Origin: Candidatus Ozemobacteraceae bacterium
GTDB lineage: Bacteria > Muiribacteriota > Ozemobacteria > Ozemobacterales > Ozemobacteraceae
Assembly (NCBI GenBank): GCA_965140445.1
Contig: OZ223236.1
Coordinates: 2,432,001 to 2,496,000 of the forward strand
Reading direction: 5' to 3'
Length of the DNA: 64,000 bases
Position 1 is the first letter of the stretch. Each line of letters begins with the position of its first letter. Under the pieces are notes generated by a model, which ran no database searches, was not told where the DNA came from, and saw nothing but the letters and a program-made list of their open reading frames with translations. Made by a program: the position numbers and the translations under genes. Of the stretch, positions 36,809-46,465 are shown one piece after another.

Positions 36809-38158
36809 CTATTCGTTATGGATCTTTTTGAATCTTTCTTTTACTGCTCTGACAGCTTCAACTTGCTGTCTGGTAACAATTGTTCTGACTGGATCTCTAA
36901 GGGCATTAGTTCCACAATGAATTTCACCCATAGCACTATGGTATGGAGTGTCATCTACGAAATGAACTTTATTACCCTGGGCTCTGAGTCTTTCTTCAAT
37001 AGCCTGATCAAACGCAGGAATATGACAGGCAGGAACAATTAAATGATCTCGAACAACCAGAAGGTTTACAACTCCTGGAAGGAAAGCATGGCAGCTTCTT
37101 GGATTTGAAGGATTGCGACCTTCAAATAATGCTGGCCAATAAACTTCTTCGATATCTCTGGAAGGATCCTTAGCTGTTTTTCTGATGAAATCTTTTAACT
37201 TTCCAACGTTTTCTTCGATAATATCGTTAATTTTTCTATTCAAAGCGATGAATTCAGCTTCTTCACTATTTTTATCAAAATCTGGCTCTTTCATTTGTTT
37301 GCCAAGAACCTTTTTTACTCTGAGAAGGAATTCTCTATCATAGCGATCAACTTTATCAAATTCTGATTCTGGGAGATTCATAATCATTTCAAGAGCAAAA
37401 CCAGGGTCAGCTCTTACAATTGTGTATCCACCAGGAGCATGCGGAGTAGGAATAAAGCTAAGATATTCATCAATATGCCCTACTTGGAGCCATTTGGTTG
37501 CTGGAGTAAAAATTCTGCCAGCATAACCATTTTTTTCTAGATAAGCTTTGCAAGGACCTGTAATAGTATCACCAGCAACAAGAATATCGTCAAATGGAGT
37601 TACTTCAAGATTTCCGCCGTAATCTCCGTGATCCTGGTAAGTTGAAGGATTTTCAAAATAAACCATATCCCACATTTTCGCCAGAACGCCAGGGAGTCTA
37701 TCTAAGCCTCTTCCACGTTTTGAATTGAAAACTGCAGGTACAAGTTCACCAGTAGATTTTACCTGTGCAGAACAAATTTCCATACAATCCTGCATCCATA
37801 TGTCGCTGGATCTGAATTCGGTATTTACTTCAACGTATTTTTCTGCGTCTTCTTTGGAAATTCCCAGGCTGGAAATAGGATTGCCACTGCTAGGAATAAT
37901 ATGAAGCTTTACAACGTCATCACCTGAAAGCATGTCGCTTTCATTAATCTCTTTGATTACATTGAAAAGATCTTTTACAAATCTTGCTGTGTTGTATGCG
38001 TGTACAACTAGAATTTTCTTGGGAACGTGATTGTTGTTTACAAGCTTTATTCTGGCAACATCACTCATCGGTGGAGCGGCAAAAAGTGCGCTACTGCTAA
38101 CCAATGCCAAGAGACAACAAAAAACCGTGGATTTCAAAAATAAACCCCTGAACTTCAT
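36809..38158 (-). CDS. secreted protein-arginine deiminase (PADI-type catalytic domain)
   Basis: WMQD, GGNLEV, WLQVGHIDE and GEIHCGTN motifs; signal peptide; start at 38158 after AAGGAGG. Confidence 0.88.
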   Translation of the reverse strand: MKFRGLFLKSTVFCCLLALVSSSALFAAPPMSDVARIKLVNNNHVPKKILVVHAYNTARFVKDLFNVIKEINESDMLSGDDVVKLHIIPSSGNPISSLGISKEDAEKYVEVNTEFRSSDIWMQDCMEICSAQVKSTGELVPAVFNSKRGRGLDRLPGVLAKMWDMVYFENPSTYQDHGDYGGNLEVTPFDDILVAGDTITGPCKAYLEKNGYAGRIFTPATKWLQVGHIDEYLSFIPTPHAPGGYTIVRADPGFALEMIMNLPESEFDKVDRYDREFLLRVKKVLGKQMKEPDFDKNSEEAEFIALNRKINDIIEENVGKLKDFIRKTAKDPSRDIEEVYWPALFEGRNPSNPRSCHAFLPGVVNLLVVRDHLIVPACHIPAFDQAIEERLRAQGNKVHFVDDTPYHSAMGEIHCGTNALRDPVRTIVTRQQVEAVRAVKERFKKIHNE

Positions 38159-38214
38159 TCTTCCTCCTTGTATGCCCTGCAAATAATAGATACTAAATAA
38201 GGCACCATTTTTGA

Positions 38215-38243
38215 ATTATAACAACTAAATCCAACCTTGCCAA
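38215..38243 (-). promoter_or_regulatory. sigma70 promoter of PAD gene
   Basis: TTGGCA-N17-TATAAT with extended TG. Confidence 0.75.
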
Positions 38244-38246
38244 TGG

Positions 38247-39755
38247 TTAATCAATAAAAGATTGAAGGTTTAATGTTTCTTTGTCTTCCTGCAATTTTTG
38301 CAGAGCATTTCTAAGCAATTGCCTTACCCGTTCTCTGGAAAGATTCAGCTCTCTTCCAATTTCTGCCAGGTTCTTTTCTTCTTCCGTAAAGCCATAAAAG
38401 TTCTCAATTATGTACCGTAGCCTCTCTGGCAATCTTGATATCGCAGCTCTAACAGAATCTCCCTTTTCTTTTTCTATTGCTACTTCTTCTGGAGAAAGGT
38501 TCTTTTTGTCAGAAAGGTAATACTCTAAGGTGTCATCATCCTCACCAGTTCCCATTTTTGCATGAATTGAAATTGGAGCTTGGGTAATCTTAATAACGCT
38601 AAGAATTTTTTCTTCACTAATTTGTAATGTACGCGAAAGCTCTGTAAGAGTAGGAGACCGGAAAAACTGGTATTCATATTCCTGAATTTTTTTCTTAATC
38701 TTGTTGGCAACAGTTAATAGATGATGAGGGATTTTTATTGTCGTACCCTGAGAAGCTGTTGCTTTTTGCATATAATATCTAACCCAATAAGCGGCATAAG
38801 TAGAAAACCGGTAGCCAAGGGTGTGGTCAAATTTTGCGATGGCTTTAATTAAGCCTATGTTTCCTTCCTGAATTAAATCCATGAGCCCGAGACCGCTGCC
38901 GGAAAACTTCTTAGCTACTCTGATAACCAGTTTCAAGTTGGCTAATAAAAACAACTCACTGGCCTCGCTATCTCCAGCTATTTTTTTTGCTAACTCAATT
39001 TCTTCATTACGTGAAAGTGGTTTCTTAGAAAGTTCATTCAGATATATCTCAACCAGAGTATTTTTCTTTATACGGTCAGATTGTTCAACCTTGATTTTTC
39101 TTTTTTCCAGGATGTCTTGAAACAATGGTTCAGAAAGAATTCCAATCTCCCAACCCCTTTTATAAAAACAGGTTTCACATTTTCGATCTCCACAAGTGAA
39201 CTTTTCTTTTTCTTCTGGGGTTTTTCTAGCAAAGAACTTAAAACATTGAATAATCTGTCTTCGCCTGACAATACAATTTGGGTTCGGACAGGTTAAAATT
39301 TCATGGCAAAAGCGCATTCCAGGTTGCCCAATTTTCTCTTCATCATCATCAATGTTTAATTGAGCTTCATCAGATATAATCCTGGTTTTTTCATTTTTAG
39401 GCTCTGCTTGATTTTGTGAGGGCGAAACTAATTCTGGAGTCAGGGAATCTGCATCCAGTTGTTTTTTACTCACATTAGGGGCAAAAGGTTGATCATTTTC
39501 CTGAGAAATAGAATTTAAATCCGGGGTTATACTTTCTGGTGTTGGGTCTGGAGTTTCAGGAAATAGACTTTCCCCAATTAATCCGATTTCCCAACCGAGT
39601 TTATAGTTACAACTTTCGCAAGGAGCCCATGGACAATCGTCAATAGTAACTTCTCTGCCTAAAAGTCTTTGAAGAAATTCCCAGCACCTTTTAACCTGGT
39701 TTCTTTGAACCGGGCAATCATACTTGGTACATTTTTGGGCTTCATAACAATACAT
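38247..39755 (-). CDS. sigma70-family (RpoD/RpoS-like) factor with two Cys-rich N-terminal repeats
   Basis: ANLKLV, DLIQEGNIGLIKAIAKFD, RFSTYAAYW and LSRERVRQL; duplicated 7-Cys domain. Confidence 0.9.
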   Translation of the reverse strand: MYCYEAQKCTKYDCPVQRNQVKRCWEFLQRLLGREVTIDDCPWAPCESCNYKLGWEIGLIGESLFPETPDPTPESITPDLNSISQENDQPFAPNVSKKQLDADSLTPELVSPSQNQAEPKNEKTRIISDEAQLNIDDDEEKIGQPGMRFCHEILTCPNPNCIVRRRQIIQCFKFFARKTPEEKEKFTCGDRKCETCFYKRGWEIGILSEPLFQDILEKRKIKVEQSDRIKKNTLVEIYLNELSKKPLSRNEEIELAKKIAGDSEASELFLLANLKLVIRVAKKFSGSGLGLMDLIQEGNIGLIKAIAKFDHTLGYRFSTYAAYWVRYYMQKATASQGTTIKIPHHLLTVANKIKKKIQEYEYQFFRSPTLTELSRTLQISEEKILSVIKITQAPISIHAKMGTGEDDDTLEYYLSDKKNLSPEEVAIEKEKGDSVRAAISRLPERLRYIIENFYGFTEEEKNLAEIGRELNLSRERVRQLLRNALQKLQEDKETLNLQSFID

Positions 39756-39769
39756 CTAGTAAAACAATC

Positions 39770-40696
39770 TCACTTAAAGGCTTCTTTTGGCAAAAGATAA
39801 ATTCCAAAAAGTATTAGCAATGTGCCAACTATACCATAGTGGGTAAGAGTTTCACCCATAAAAGCCCAGCCAATAATAATACCTCCAACTGGTTGAGCAT
39901 TTAAAGTAACGGCCATCGCGCCTGCATCAGTGCTTTTCAAAATTAAATTCCATAAACCAAAGGCAAGCGCATTACATATTACTCCAAGAAAAATAACTGA
40001 AAGAAGTGCATTTCGATCAAATTCCAGTGGCCAAAGTTGTGATAGCTCCAATGCTACAATCGGCAAAAGAATCGCGGCACCTATGAAGAAACCATATGAA
40101 GTCGATCTAATTGCACCCAGTTTATTTGTAACAGGCTTCATCAATATAGAATATAGCGCACACAACAAAATTGCGAAAATAACAAGTATATCTCCTAATA
40201 GTTCTCCTGATCCTGAAAGTTCAAGGTAAAGTTGGCTAATTGATTTCCCGCCAACCAGAAGAACCCCGGCACCAACTATGGAGACTGCCATTGCGATTAC
40301 TGTTCTATTTCTTAGTGGTTCTTTTAGAATAATTGCAGCAAGCAAAATGGTGAAAATTGGCTCAAGAGATGCTGCAATTGCAGTCTTTGTAGAGGATGTC
40401 ATCTGAAGACCAAGGTTTAAAACCGCATAAGCTATTGCAACTCCAAAGGCCCCGATTACAAATAAATCTTTCCAGTCTTTTTTTCCAAGGGGGTGTTTAT
40501 TGTTTGTTGGAAGCAGTAAAAGAAAAAAGCCTCCAATTAAAAAACGCAAAAAGGCCAGAGTGGTCGGAGGAACTACATCCATGGCAAATTTTATTGCAGC
40601 ATAAGATCCGCCCCAGCAAAGGTTTATTAAAATTAAAATAACAAATGCTAATCTAGGTGAAAAGGTGGGCTGGGTATTTTGGGGGACAGACTTCAT
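39770..40696 (-). CDS. EamA/DMT family transporter
   Basis: Ten TMs; WGGSY..IK, LRF, EPIF and LKE. Confidence 0.9.
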   Translation of the reverse strand: MKSVPQNTQPTFSPRLAFVILILINLCWGGSYAAIKFAMDVVPPTTLAFLRFLIGGFFLLLLPTNNKHPLGKKDWKDLFVIGAFGVAIAYAVLNLGLQMTSSTKTAIAASLEPIFTILLAAIILKEPLRNRTVIAMAVSIVGAGVLLVGGKSISQLYLELSGSGELLGDILVIFAILLCALYSILMKPVTNKLGAIRSTSYGFFIGAAILLPIVALELSQLWPLEFDRNALLSVIFLGVICNALAFGLWNLILKSTDAGAMAVTLNAQPVGGIIIGWAFMGETLTHYGIVGTLLILFGIYLLPKEAFK

Positions 40697-41463
40697 GAAG
40701 CAATTACGCTTTTGGCCTCTTGTTCCTCTTCTGTTATTTTCAAGAAAACCGATTCAAGATCATTTCCGGGGAGTTTTGCTTTTTCCTGAAGTTCAGACAT
40801 ATTTCCAAGAGCCACAATTTCGCCTTGTCTAATTATCGCTATTCGATCACATAAATCCTGGGCTACAGAGAGGGTGTGAGTTGTTAGAAAAACAGTTTTA
40901 CCTCTGTTTGTAAGCTCTTTAAAAAAATTCTTTGCCAACCTGACGCTTTTGGGATCCAGGCCTACAGTTGGCTCATCTACAACAAAAACATCAGGATCAT
41001 GAAGGGTTGCTGCGCTCATAGCAACTTTTTGCTTCATTCCATGAGAAAAACTTTCTATAAGCTCATTTCTTCTTTCCCACAAACTGAATAATTCAAGCAT
41101 TTCTTTGCCTTTTTCCTGAATCGTATTTTCAGGAACATTATAAAGTCCACCCATAAATTCAAAATATTCGAGCGGGGTTAATTTTTCATAAAGATAAGGG
41201 CGGTCAGGAACAAAACCAAGCAAAGATTTTGCTTTTTCCGGTTGAAGATTGAGGTCAAAGCCTGAAATGGAAACTTTCCCGGAGGTTTGCTTAATAATTC
41301 CAGTAAGAATGCGAATCAATGTTGTTTTACCAGCACCATTAGGGCCAAGAAAACCAAAGAGTTCACCTTTTGAAATATTTAAATTTATCCCTTTAAGTGC
41401 TGAAAAATCTCCATATTTTTTTACTATATTTTCAAATTCAATAATAAAGTTATTCTGGTTCAT
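40693..41463 (-). CDS. ABC transporter ATP-binding protein
   Basis: GPNGAGKTT, FSHGMKQK and DEPTVGLDP. Confidence 0.95.
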   Translation of the reverse strand: MNQNNFIIEFENIVKKYGDFSALKGINLNISKGELFGFLGPNGAGKTTLIRILTGIIKQTSGKVSISGFDLNLQPEKAKSLLGFVPDRPYLYEKLTPLEYFEFMGGLYNVPENTIQEKGKEMLELFSLWERRNELIESFSHGMKQKVAMSAATLHDPDVFVVDEPTVGLDPKSVRLAKNFFKELTNRGKTVFLTTHTLSVAQDLCDRIAIIRQGEIVALGNMSELQEKAKLPGNDLESVFLKITEEEQEAKSVIAS

Positions 41464-43165
41464 AATTTTCTATTACTTCTAAGCCTTTCTTAAATGGGAG
41501 GTAAACCCACATTGATGTGCAGATTATTAGTAAAATTCCACAAATTACTACGAATATTCCGGAAAAGCCAAAATTAAATGGATAGAACTTGCGAAAATAG
41601 AATCGAAACATTGGATATGCCTGTAAAATTAAAAGGTTAATTACATACATAGCTGAAAGCAGCATATAAATAAAGCCGCCATAAGAACCAGCTATTTTTA
41701 AAGGCGAATCAGATTCAAAACTTGCGTAAACTGTCCCAACACCAATCGCTAAAGCAGTAATTACAATGGTGATTAAAATTACGTTTAAATAACTTAGATA
41801 AAGTAGACCTGAATTTGATACCGCAAAAACGGAATTAGTTACTGTACAAAAGGAAATCCCTAATAAAAGCATTGGGACGAGATATAAGAAATACTTATAA
41901 AAGAGAATCTTTCGCGGTGAAATAGGGGAAGCTTTAACCGCCCAAAAGGCTCGACCTTCCATACTTATTGAGGGAAAAACAAATCGCATGGCAATTGCTG
42001 CGAGTATAAAACCAATGAAGGGGCCATTCAGATAAACCAGTGAATCATTAATTTCCCCGCTATAAAGACTTGGTAAGTCTTTTAGAGGCAAAATAGTCAA
42101 GTTATATCCATAGACAAAAACAATTGCGGTCATCATGAATATCTGGGAGAAAAATGCCGGATCTCTCAGAAAAAAAGTAACCTCTTTTGTTGCCATGACT
42201 CTGAAAGCTGGTGAAGTAAATTTGAATGGAAAAATTATTGCTTTTCTTAGCCATTCAAGCCCTAGAACCTGATTATCCAATGCTTCCATTGAAAGTTGCC
42301 AGCTTCGTCTGTAAAATTTGCTGGCAAGAAAATTAAGCAAAAAGAAAGACAGAATTACAAAAGCAAAAAATGGAGTAAAATCTTTGAAGGCCTGTAAAAC
42401 ATCTGATTTAAACAAAGACAAGGTTGCTTTATGGAACCAGAAAGAAGGTGAGAATTCAAGGAGTGGGCCTTTTAAGCTTAAAATATACTGTGAAACATCT
42501 TTAAAATAGCTTGGATTAATCAACTTCTCAGCTTCCAGGGATCTGAGGAAAAAAATCATAGCGGTCAAAACTATAATAGATAGAAATTGAAACACCTTTT
42601 TCATTTGTCTTATGGGGAAAATTGAACCAAGAAAAAGTGCTGTGAAAGCTCCAAGAATATTTGGCATCAAAATGAATAAAAGCAAAAAAAACGGGAAAAT
42701 AAAATATGCTTCTATTGGGGCTTTCATAGCAGTTGCAAAAGAGTAAAGTGCTGGAATAAAAAATATAAGAACCATCCAACTGCTTTCAATGGTCATCAAC
42801 AAAAATCTGGATCTGAAAATCCTTCCTATTGGTTGAGGAGTAGGCATTAAAACAAGTAACTCTTCATTTAAGAAAAAGGACGAAAAAGCTGATATTATGC
42901 TGGAAAAAAGAACCATAAAAAATAGGGTCATGAATATCATTTCCAGCAATTTGGATACAAGCAGACCACCAATTATTGGCCCAAGGGTTTCTCCCAGCAT
43001 AGGGGCCTGACCTACATATTTGAGAAATCGGAATAATCCGTAATAAACCAGCCCTGATACTAAAACTGAGCCCAAAATCATAAAAAGCAGGATCAAAGGA
43101 TTTCTATTTCGGACTATCCTTTGAAACTTTTTTAGGGAGGGCAGGGCGATTTTAACAAAATTCAT
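41450..43165 (-). CDS. ABC-2-type exporter permease
   Basis: About 12 TMs; KEVTFFLRDP and RFVFPSISMEGRAFW; overlaps the ATPase gene. Confidence 0.8.
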   Translation of the reverse strand: MNFVKIALPSLKKFQRIVRNRNPLILLFMILGSVLVSGLVYYGLFRFLKYVGQAPMLGETLGPIIGGLLVSKLLEMIFMTLFFMVLFSSIISAFSSFFLNEELLVLMPTPQPIGRIFRSRFLLMTIESSWMVLIFFIPALYSFATAMKAPIEAYFIFPFFLLLFILMPNILGAFTALFLGSIFPIRQMKKVFQFLSIIVLTAMIFFLRSLEAEKLINPSYFKDVSQYILSLKGPLLEFSPSFWFHKATLSLFKSDVLQAFKDFTPFFAFVILSFFLLNFLASKFYRRSWQLSMEALDNQVLGLEWLRKAIIFPFKFTSPAFRVMATKEVTFFLRDPAFFSQIFMMTAIVFVYGYNLTILPLKDLPSLYSGEINDSLVYLNGPFIGFILAAIAMRFVFPSISMEGRAFWAVKASPISPRKILFYKYFLYLVPMLLLGISFCTVTNSVFAVSNSGLLYLSYLNVILITIVITALAIGVGTVYASFESDSPLKIAGSYGGFIYMLLSAMYVINLLILQAYPMFRFYFRKFYPFNFGFSGIFVVICGILLIICTSMWVYLPFKKGLEVIENYEPE

Positions 43166-43168
43166 TTA

Positions 43169-43819
43169 CTACCAAACTCTTTCAACCCAGTCAGGGCCTG
43201 AATTCTCTCTCCTGCAAAAGGTGTAACAATTGTTTCCTTTTTTTTCTAAAACTTTTTGCTGAATTCCTCGCTGAATGCATTCGGATTGGTTGTCGGATAT
43301 AAAGCATGATTGTAGCTTGATAATTTCTTCTTCAGAAAATGGATCGCTGAAAACATCCTGGCCAATTATTGAAGTTTTTGCCTGCCATTTTATACTATCC
43401 ACAAGCTGTTTAATAATGCGTTTATGATCAAATGCCAATTCCGGAAGATCATTCAACGGAAACCATTCGGTTTCAGAGGCATCATCGCCAGCTTTAGCTG
43501 CTATTTGTATGTCCTTAACCAGGCATCCATAAACAATTGTTATGCATCTTCCGCGAGGGTCTCGGCCTGTTTGTCCACATGTGAAAACTGGCTTTAATGG
43601 AAGACTATGCAATGATGTTTCTTCCTCTAGTTCTCTTTGGGCGCCTACTACTGGTTCTTCATCCATCTCCAGGAAACCGCCTGGCAAAGCCCAATGATCG
43701 GCAAATGGCTCGTTCTTTCTTTTAATCAAAAGAATTTGTGGGGTTTGAAGATCAGGAACTCTAATTACCGCAGCATCTAAAGTGGTAGAGGCTCTTGGAT
43801 ATTCGTATGTATAAGTCAT
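43169..43819 (-). CDS. NUDIX hydrolase (ADP-ribose pyrophosphatase/NrtR-like)
   Basis: WALPGGF...RELEEET, RDPRGR, AGDDA and LAFDH. Confidence 0.88.
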   Translation of the reverse strand: MTYTYEYPRASTTLDAAVIRVPDLQTPQILLIKRKNEPFADHWALPGGFLEMDEEPVVGAQRELEEETSLHSLPLKPVFTCGQTGRDPRGRCITIVYGCLVKDIQIAAKAGDDASETEWFPLNDLPELAFDHKRIIKQLVDSIKWQAKTSIIGQDVFSDPFSEEEIIKLQSCFISDNQSECIQRGIQQKVLEKKGNNCYTFCRRENSGPDWVERVW

Positions 43820-43822
43820 TTT

Positions 43823-44416
43823 CTAATCCAGGATTGCTCTAAGATATCTTTCTAAACCGCTTTCTTCAACAAAGCCTGAGTAACGCTCACTTTCAAATTC
43901 TAAGGTTGGAACCGTTCTAATTCTTTTGTGCCCCCATAAAAGCTGATTATCTTCAGCTGCTTTTAATGTTGAAGGAGTTTCAAGGGCTGCTGAAAAACCA
44001 GATGAATCAACTCCTTCGGATTGGAGATGTATTCTGAGCGCATTAACCTGCGAGATGTCTGTTCCAGTAAAGAAAACTCCCCGGAAAACGCTGGAAATAT
44101 AATCCACTATTTCAGATCCATTATATACTTCAAGTGCTCTGGCTGCTTGCAAACCAGAAACATACTTCGAAGGCTGAGACATTCTAAGGCCAAGTTTCTT
44201 TGCGTCTTCAATCAGTCTGGCCCATCTTTCTTCGCTCCAGATTTCCCTGAAATGGTATTTAGTATTTCCTAAAGATGAATAACCGATCTCAATTGGAGCA
44301 ACAGTTAGTTCAGAATTCTTAAGAAGTTTCAAAAGTAGGTGCCAAACCATGTATGAGTATGGACATTGGAAGCTGAAGTAAAAAGTCAAATCCGGATTCG
44401 TTTTATCTATTTTCAT
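43823..44416 (-). CDS. DsbA/HCCA isomerase-family thioredoxin-fold protein
   Basis: FYFSFQCPYSY and IRTVPTL cis-Pro loop. Confidence 0.75.
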   Translation of the reverse strand: MKIDKTNPDLTFYFSFQCPYSYMVWHLLLKLLKNSELTVAPIEIGYSSLGNTKYHFREIWSEERWARLIEDAKKLGLRMSQPSKYVSGLQAARALEVYNGSEIVDYISSVFRGVFFTGTDISQVNALRIHLQSEGVDSSGFSAALETPSTLKAAEDNQLLWGHKRIRTVPTLEFESERYSGFVEESGLERYLRAILD

Positions 44417-44495
44417 ATGCTCTATTCTTTCCGTTTCTATTAGCCTTCATCAGAGTATAACAGAGGTGTGTTTTTTATTCAAACCAGGACGATTT

Positions 44496-45737
44496 TCAAG
44501 ACTCACCGGTTACCTTGAAAAAATTGAATTCTTTCAATTCGCCAATTTTATGATTTATTCTATCCAGAAGTTGCAATGGCTTGCCAAAGAGAATTTTTGC
44601 GGTGCCGTTCAATAGAATTTCAGAATAAAGACTAAAATCTAATGAGGTTGCACTTCGATATTCGTCGTTGCCAACAATCAGTATTCCCTTATGCATTACC
44701 ATTGAAAAATCTTCGGGTTGGCATTTTAAAAAGGTTTCAAATGCATCCTTGTCAGGAGAAAGGTTAAAAGCAATTAGATTAGCTTCTTTTCCAGGGCTGA
44801 TAGTGCCGGTAACTTTCTCAATTCCAAAAAAATGTGCCGCCCCGGAAGTGTTCATTTTGACAAGATCTTTTGCTTTGATTTTTCCGTTCAAATTGCTAAC
44901 AGAATACTCCAGTGCTTTTCTCATTTCTTGAAGAAGGTTTGTAGAGCCAGTCATTGTGCTGTCAGTGCCAATTGCGAAGGGAATTTCCATTTCCAGAACT
45001 TTAGCCATGTCAGGATGCTTGTTTAAAACTGTTTCAGAAAAGGTGGGGAGCCAAATCAAAGGTGACTTTTTTATTGAGATTAATTTTAGATCATTCTCAG
45101 AAAGAAAATTCCCACCAACTAAAACTGTATTTGATTCAAGCGCTCCGGTTCTATTAAGAATTTCAAGCTCTTCTTTTTGTTCTGAGCTATTTCCCTGTGC
45201 AATATGAATGATAAATGGAAGAACACCTCTGGCCTGTCTAAATTCATCGACGGTGTTTCTTCCCCAATTGTGTTTTTGGTTTGAAACCGAGTGGGAAAGA
45301 TAATAGTGCTGAAGAATGGAAGTTAAAGAGTGATTAGCAAATGTGTTAGAAATTTCTGGTGGGAAGTGGTCGACCACTGTTGTTACGCCTGAAAGAATGT
45401 TTTTATACATGCCGAGCGTGTACAAATCTGTTACAGAAAGCTTTTGCATGTCTTTCCAGTCTTTGCTCTGGCGCGCTTTACTTTCCCATTCATACCAGTT
45501 GTCTGAAGGCTCATTATTTACGGTAGTCCAGCAAGTTTCTACCAGGTGATCGTGAGGATTTATTAGCCCGGGAAAAACAGTCTGCCCATGCAGGTCCATG
45601 CAAGCTTCCACATTTTTTCTGGGCTCTTCATCTGGTTGGAGAATATCATAAATGATGTCGTCTTGAATTAGTATTTGCCCATCAACCAATTCCATGGCTT
45701 CATTGAGAATTCGAGCATTTTTTAATAGTTTAAACAT
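44496..45737 (-). CDS. amidohydrolase family protein
   Basis: PGLINPHDHL, GVTTV, IHIAQG, GTDS and GTISPGKEANL. Confidence 0.85.
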   Translation of the reverse strand: MFKLLKNARILNEAMELVDGQILIQDDIIYDILQPDEEPRKNVEACMDLHGQTVFPGLINPHDHLVETCWTTVNNEPSDNWYEWESKARQSKDWKDMQKLSVTDLYTLGMYKNILSGVTTVVDHFPPEISNTFANHSLTSILQHYYLSHSVSNQKHNWGRNTVDEFRQARGVLPFIIHIAQGNSSEQKEELEILNRTGALESNTVLVGGNFLSENDLKLISIKKSPLIWLPTFSETVLNKHPDMAKVLEMEIPFAIGTDSTMTGSTNLLQEMRKALEYSVSNLNGKIKAKDLVKMNTSGAAHFFGIEKVTGTISPGKEANLIAFNLSPDKDAFETFLKCQPEDFSMVMHKGILIVGNDEYRSATSLDFSLYSEILLNGTAKILFGKPLQLLDRINHKIGELKEFNFFKVTGES

Positions 45738-45748
45738 TTTTCAGGAGT

Positions 45749-46360
45749 TTACAGCTTTCCAAAATTAGGTGTTTCTGATTTAACCTGTTCGAGAAATTGC
45801 TCCCATGAGCATTCTGCTAAAGCTAGAGTTACGAAGTTTTTTCCTATTTCTTCAAGATACTGCATAAAAGTGATTCTTTCCAGATCAGGGCTAAGGGTTT
45901 TTACCCGGTCAAAGCTTTTGTAAAAATCAGCTTTGTTGGTAAGTTTTAGTGCTGCAGCTGTATGCCCGAAAAAAGACTCAAGGTCAAAGTTCTTTTCCTG
46001 CTTAACGGGAAGGATTTGTGAGCCCAGAAGAGTTCCTACCATTTCTCCCCTTAATTCAAGCGGAACGGCAAAAATCAGGAATCCTGCATAGCAAACATTT
46101 ACAAAAGGTTTTTTTCTCCTGAAAAGGCGATCTTCTATTGTTTTGTAGGTTTTTCTACAGCGTTCCCTTCCTCGCTCTGTGCCTCTGATTATACTGCAAG
46201 GTCCCTGAAAATAATTAGTTTTACAAACGACTTCCCCTGTGTTTGACCTCAGCGAGAGTGCTACTCCAAGATAGTTTTCAAGTTTTCGCAATAATTCAGG
46301 AACATGTCCGGAATTAAAAAGAACCTGCTTGTTAACATTAGGAATTTCAACTGGAGTCAT
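45749..46360 (-). CDS. stand-alone PocR ligand-binding domain protein
   Basis: C..IR....G...C and CYAGF..FAVPL...G...G....Q motifs. Confidence 0.75.
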   Translation of the reverse strand: MTPVEIPNVNKQVLFNSGHVPELLRKLENYLGVALSLRSNTGEVVCKTNYFQGPCSIIRGTERGRERCRKTYKTIEDRLFRRKKPFVNVCYAGFLIFAVPLELRGEMVGTLLGSQILPVKQEKNFDLESFFGHTAAALKLTNKADFYKSFDRVKTLSPDLERITFMQYLEEIGKNFVTLALAECSWEQFLEQVKSETPNFGKL

Positions 46361-46414
46361 TTTGTTCTCCTTTTATTGATCCACATCTAAAATAAATAAT
46401 AGAGCAAAACACTT

Positions 46415-46451
46415 AAAAAAAAAAGGCCACAGAAAAAATCTGTGACCTTTT
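46415..46451 (-). terminator. intrinsic terminator after ptb
   Basis: A10-GGCCACAGA-AAAAA-TCTGTGACC-TTTT. Confidence 0.8.
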
Positions 46452-46465
46452 CTTGATAACATGCT

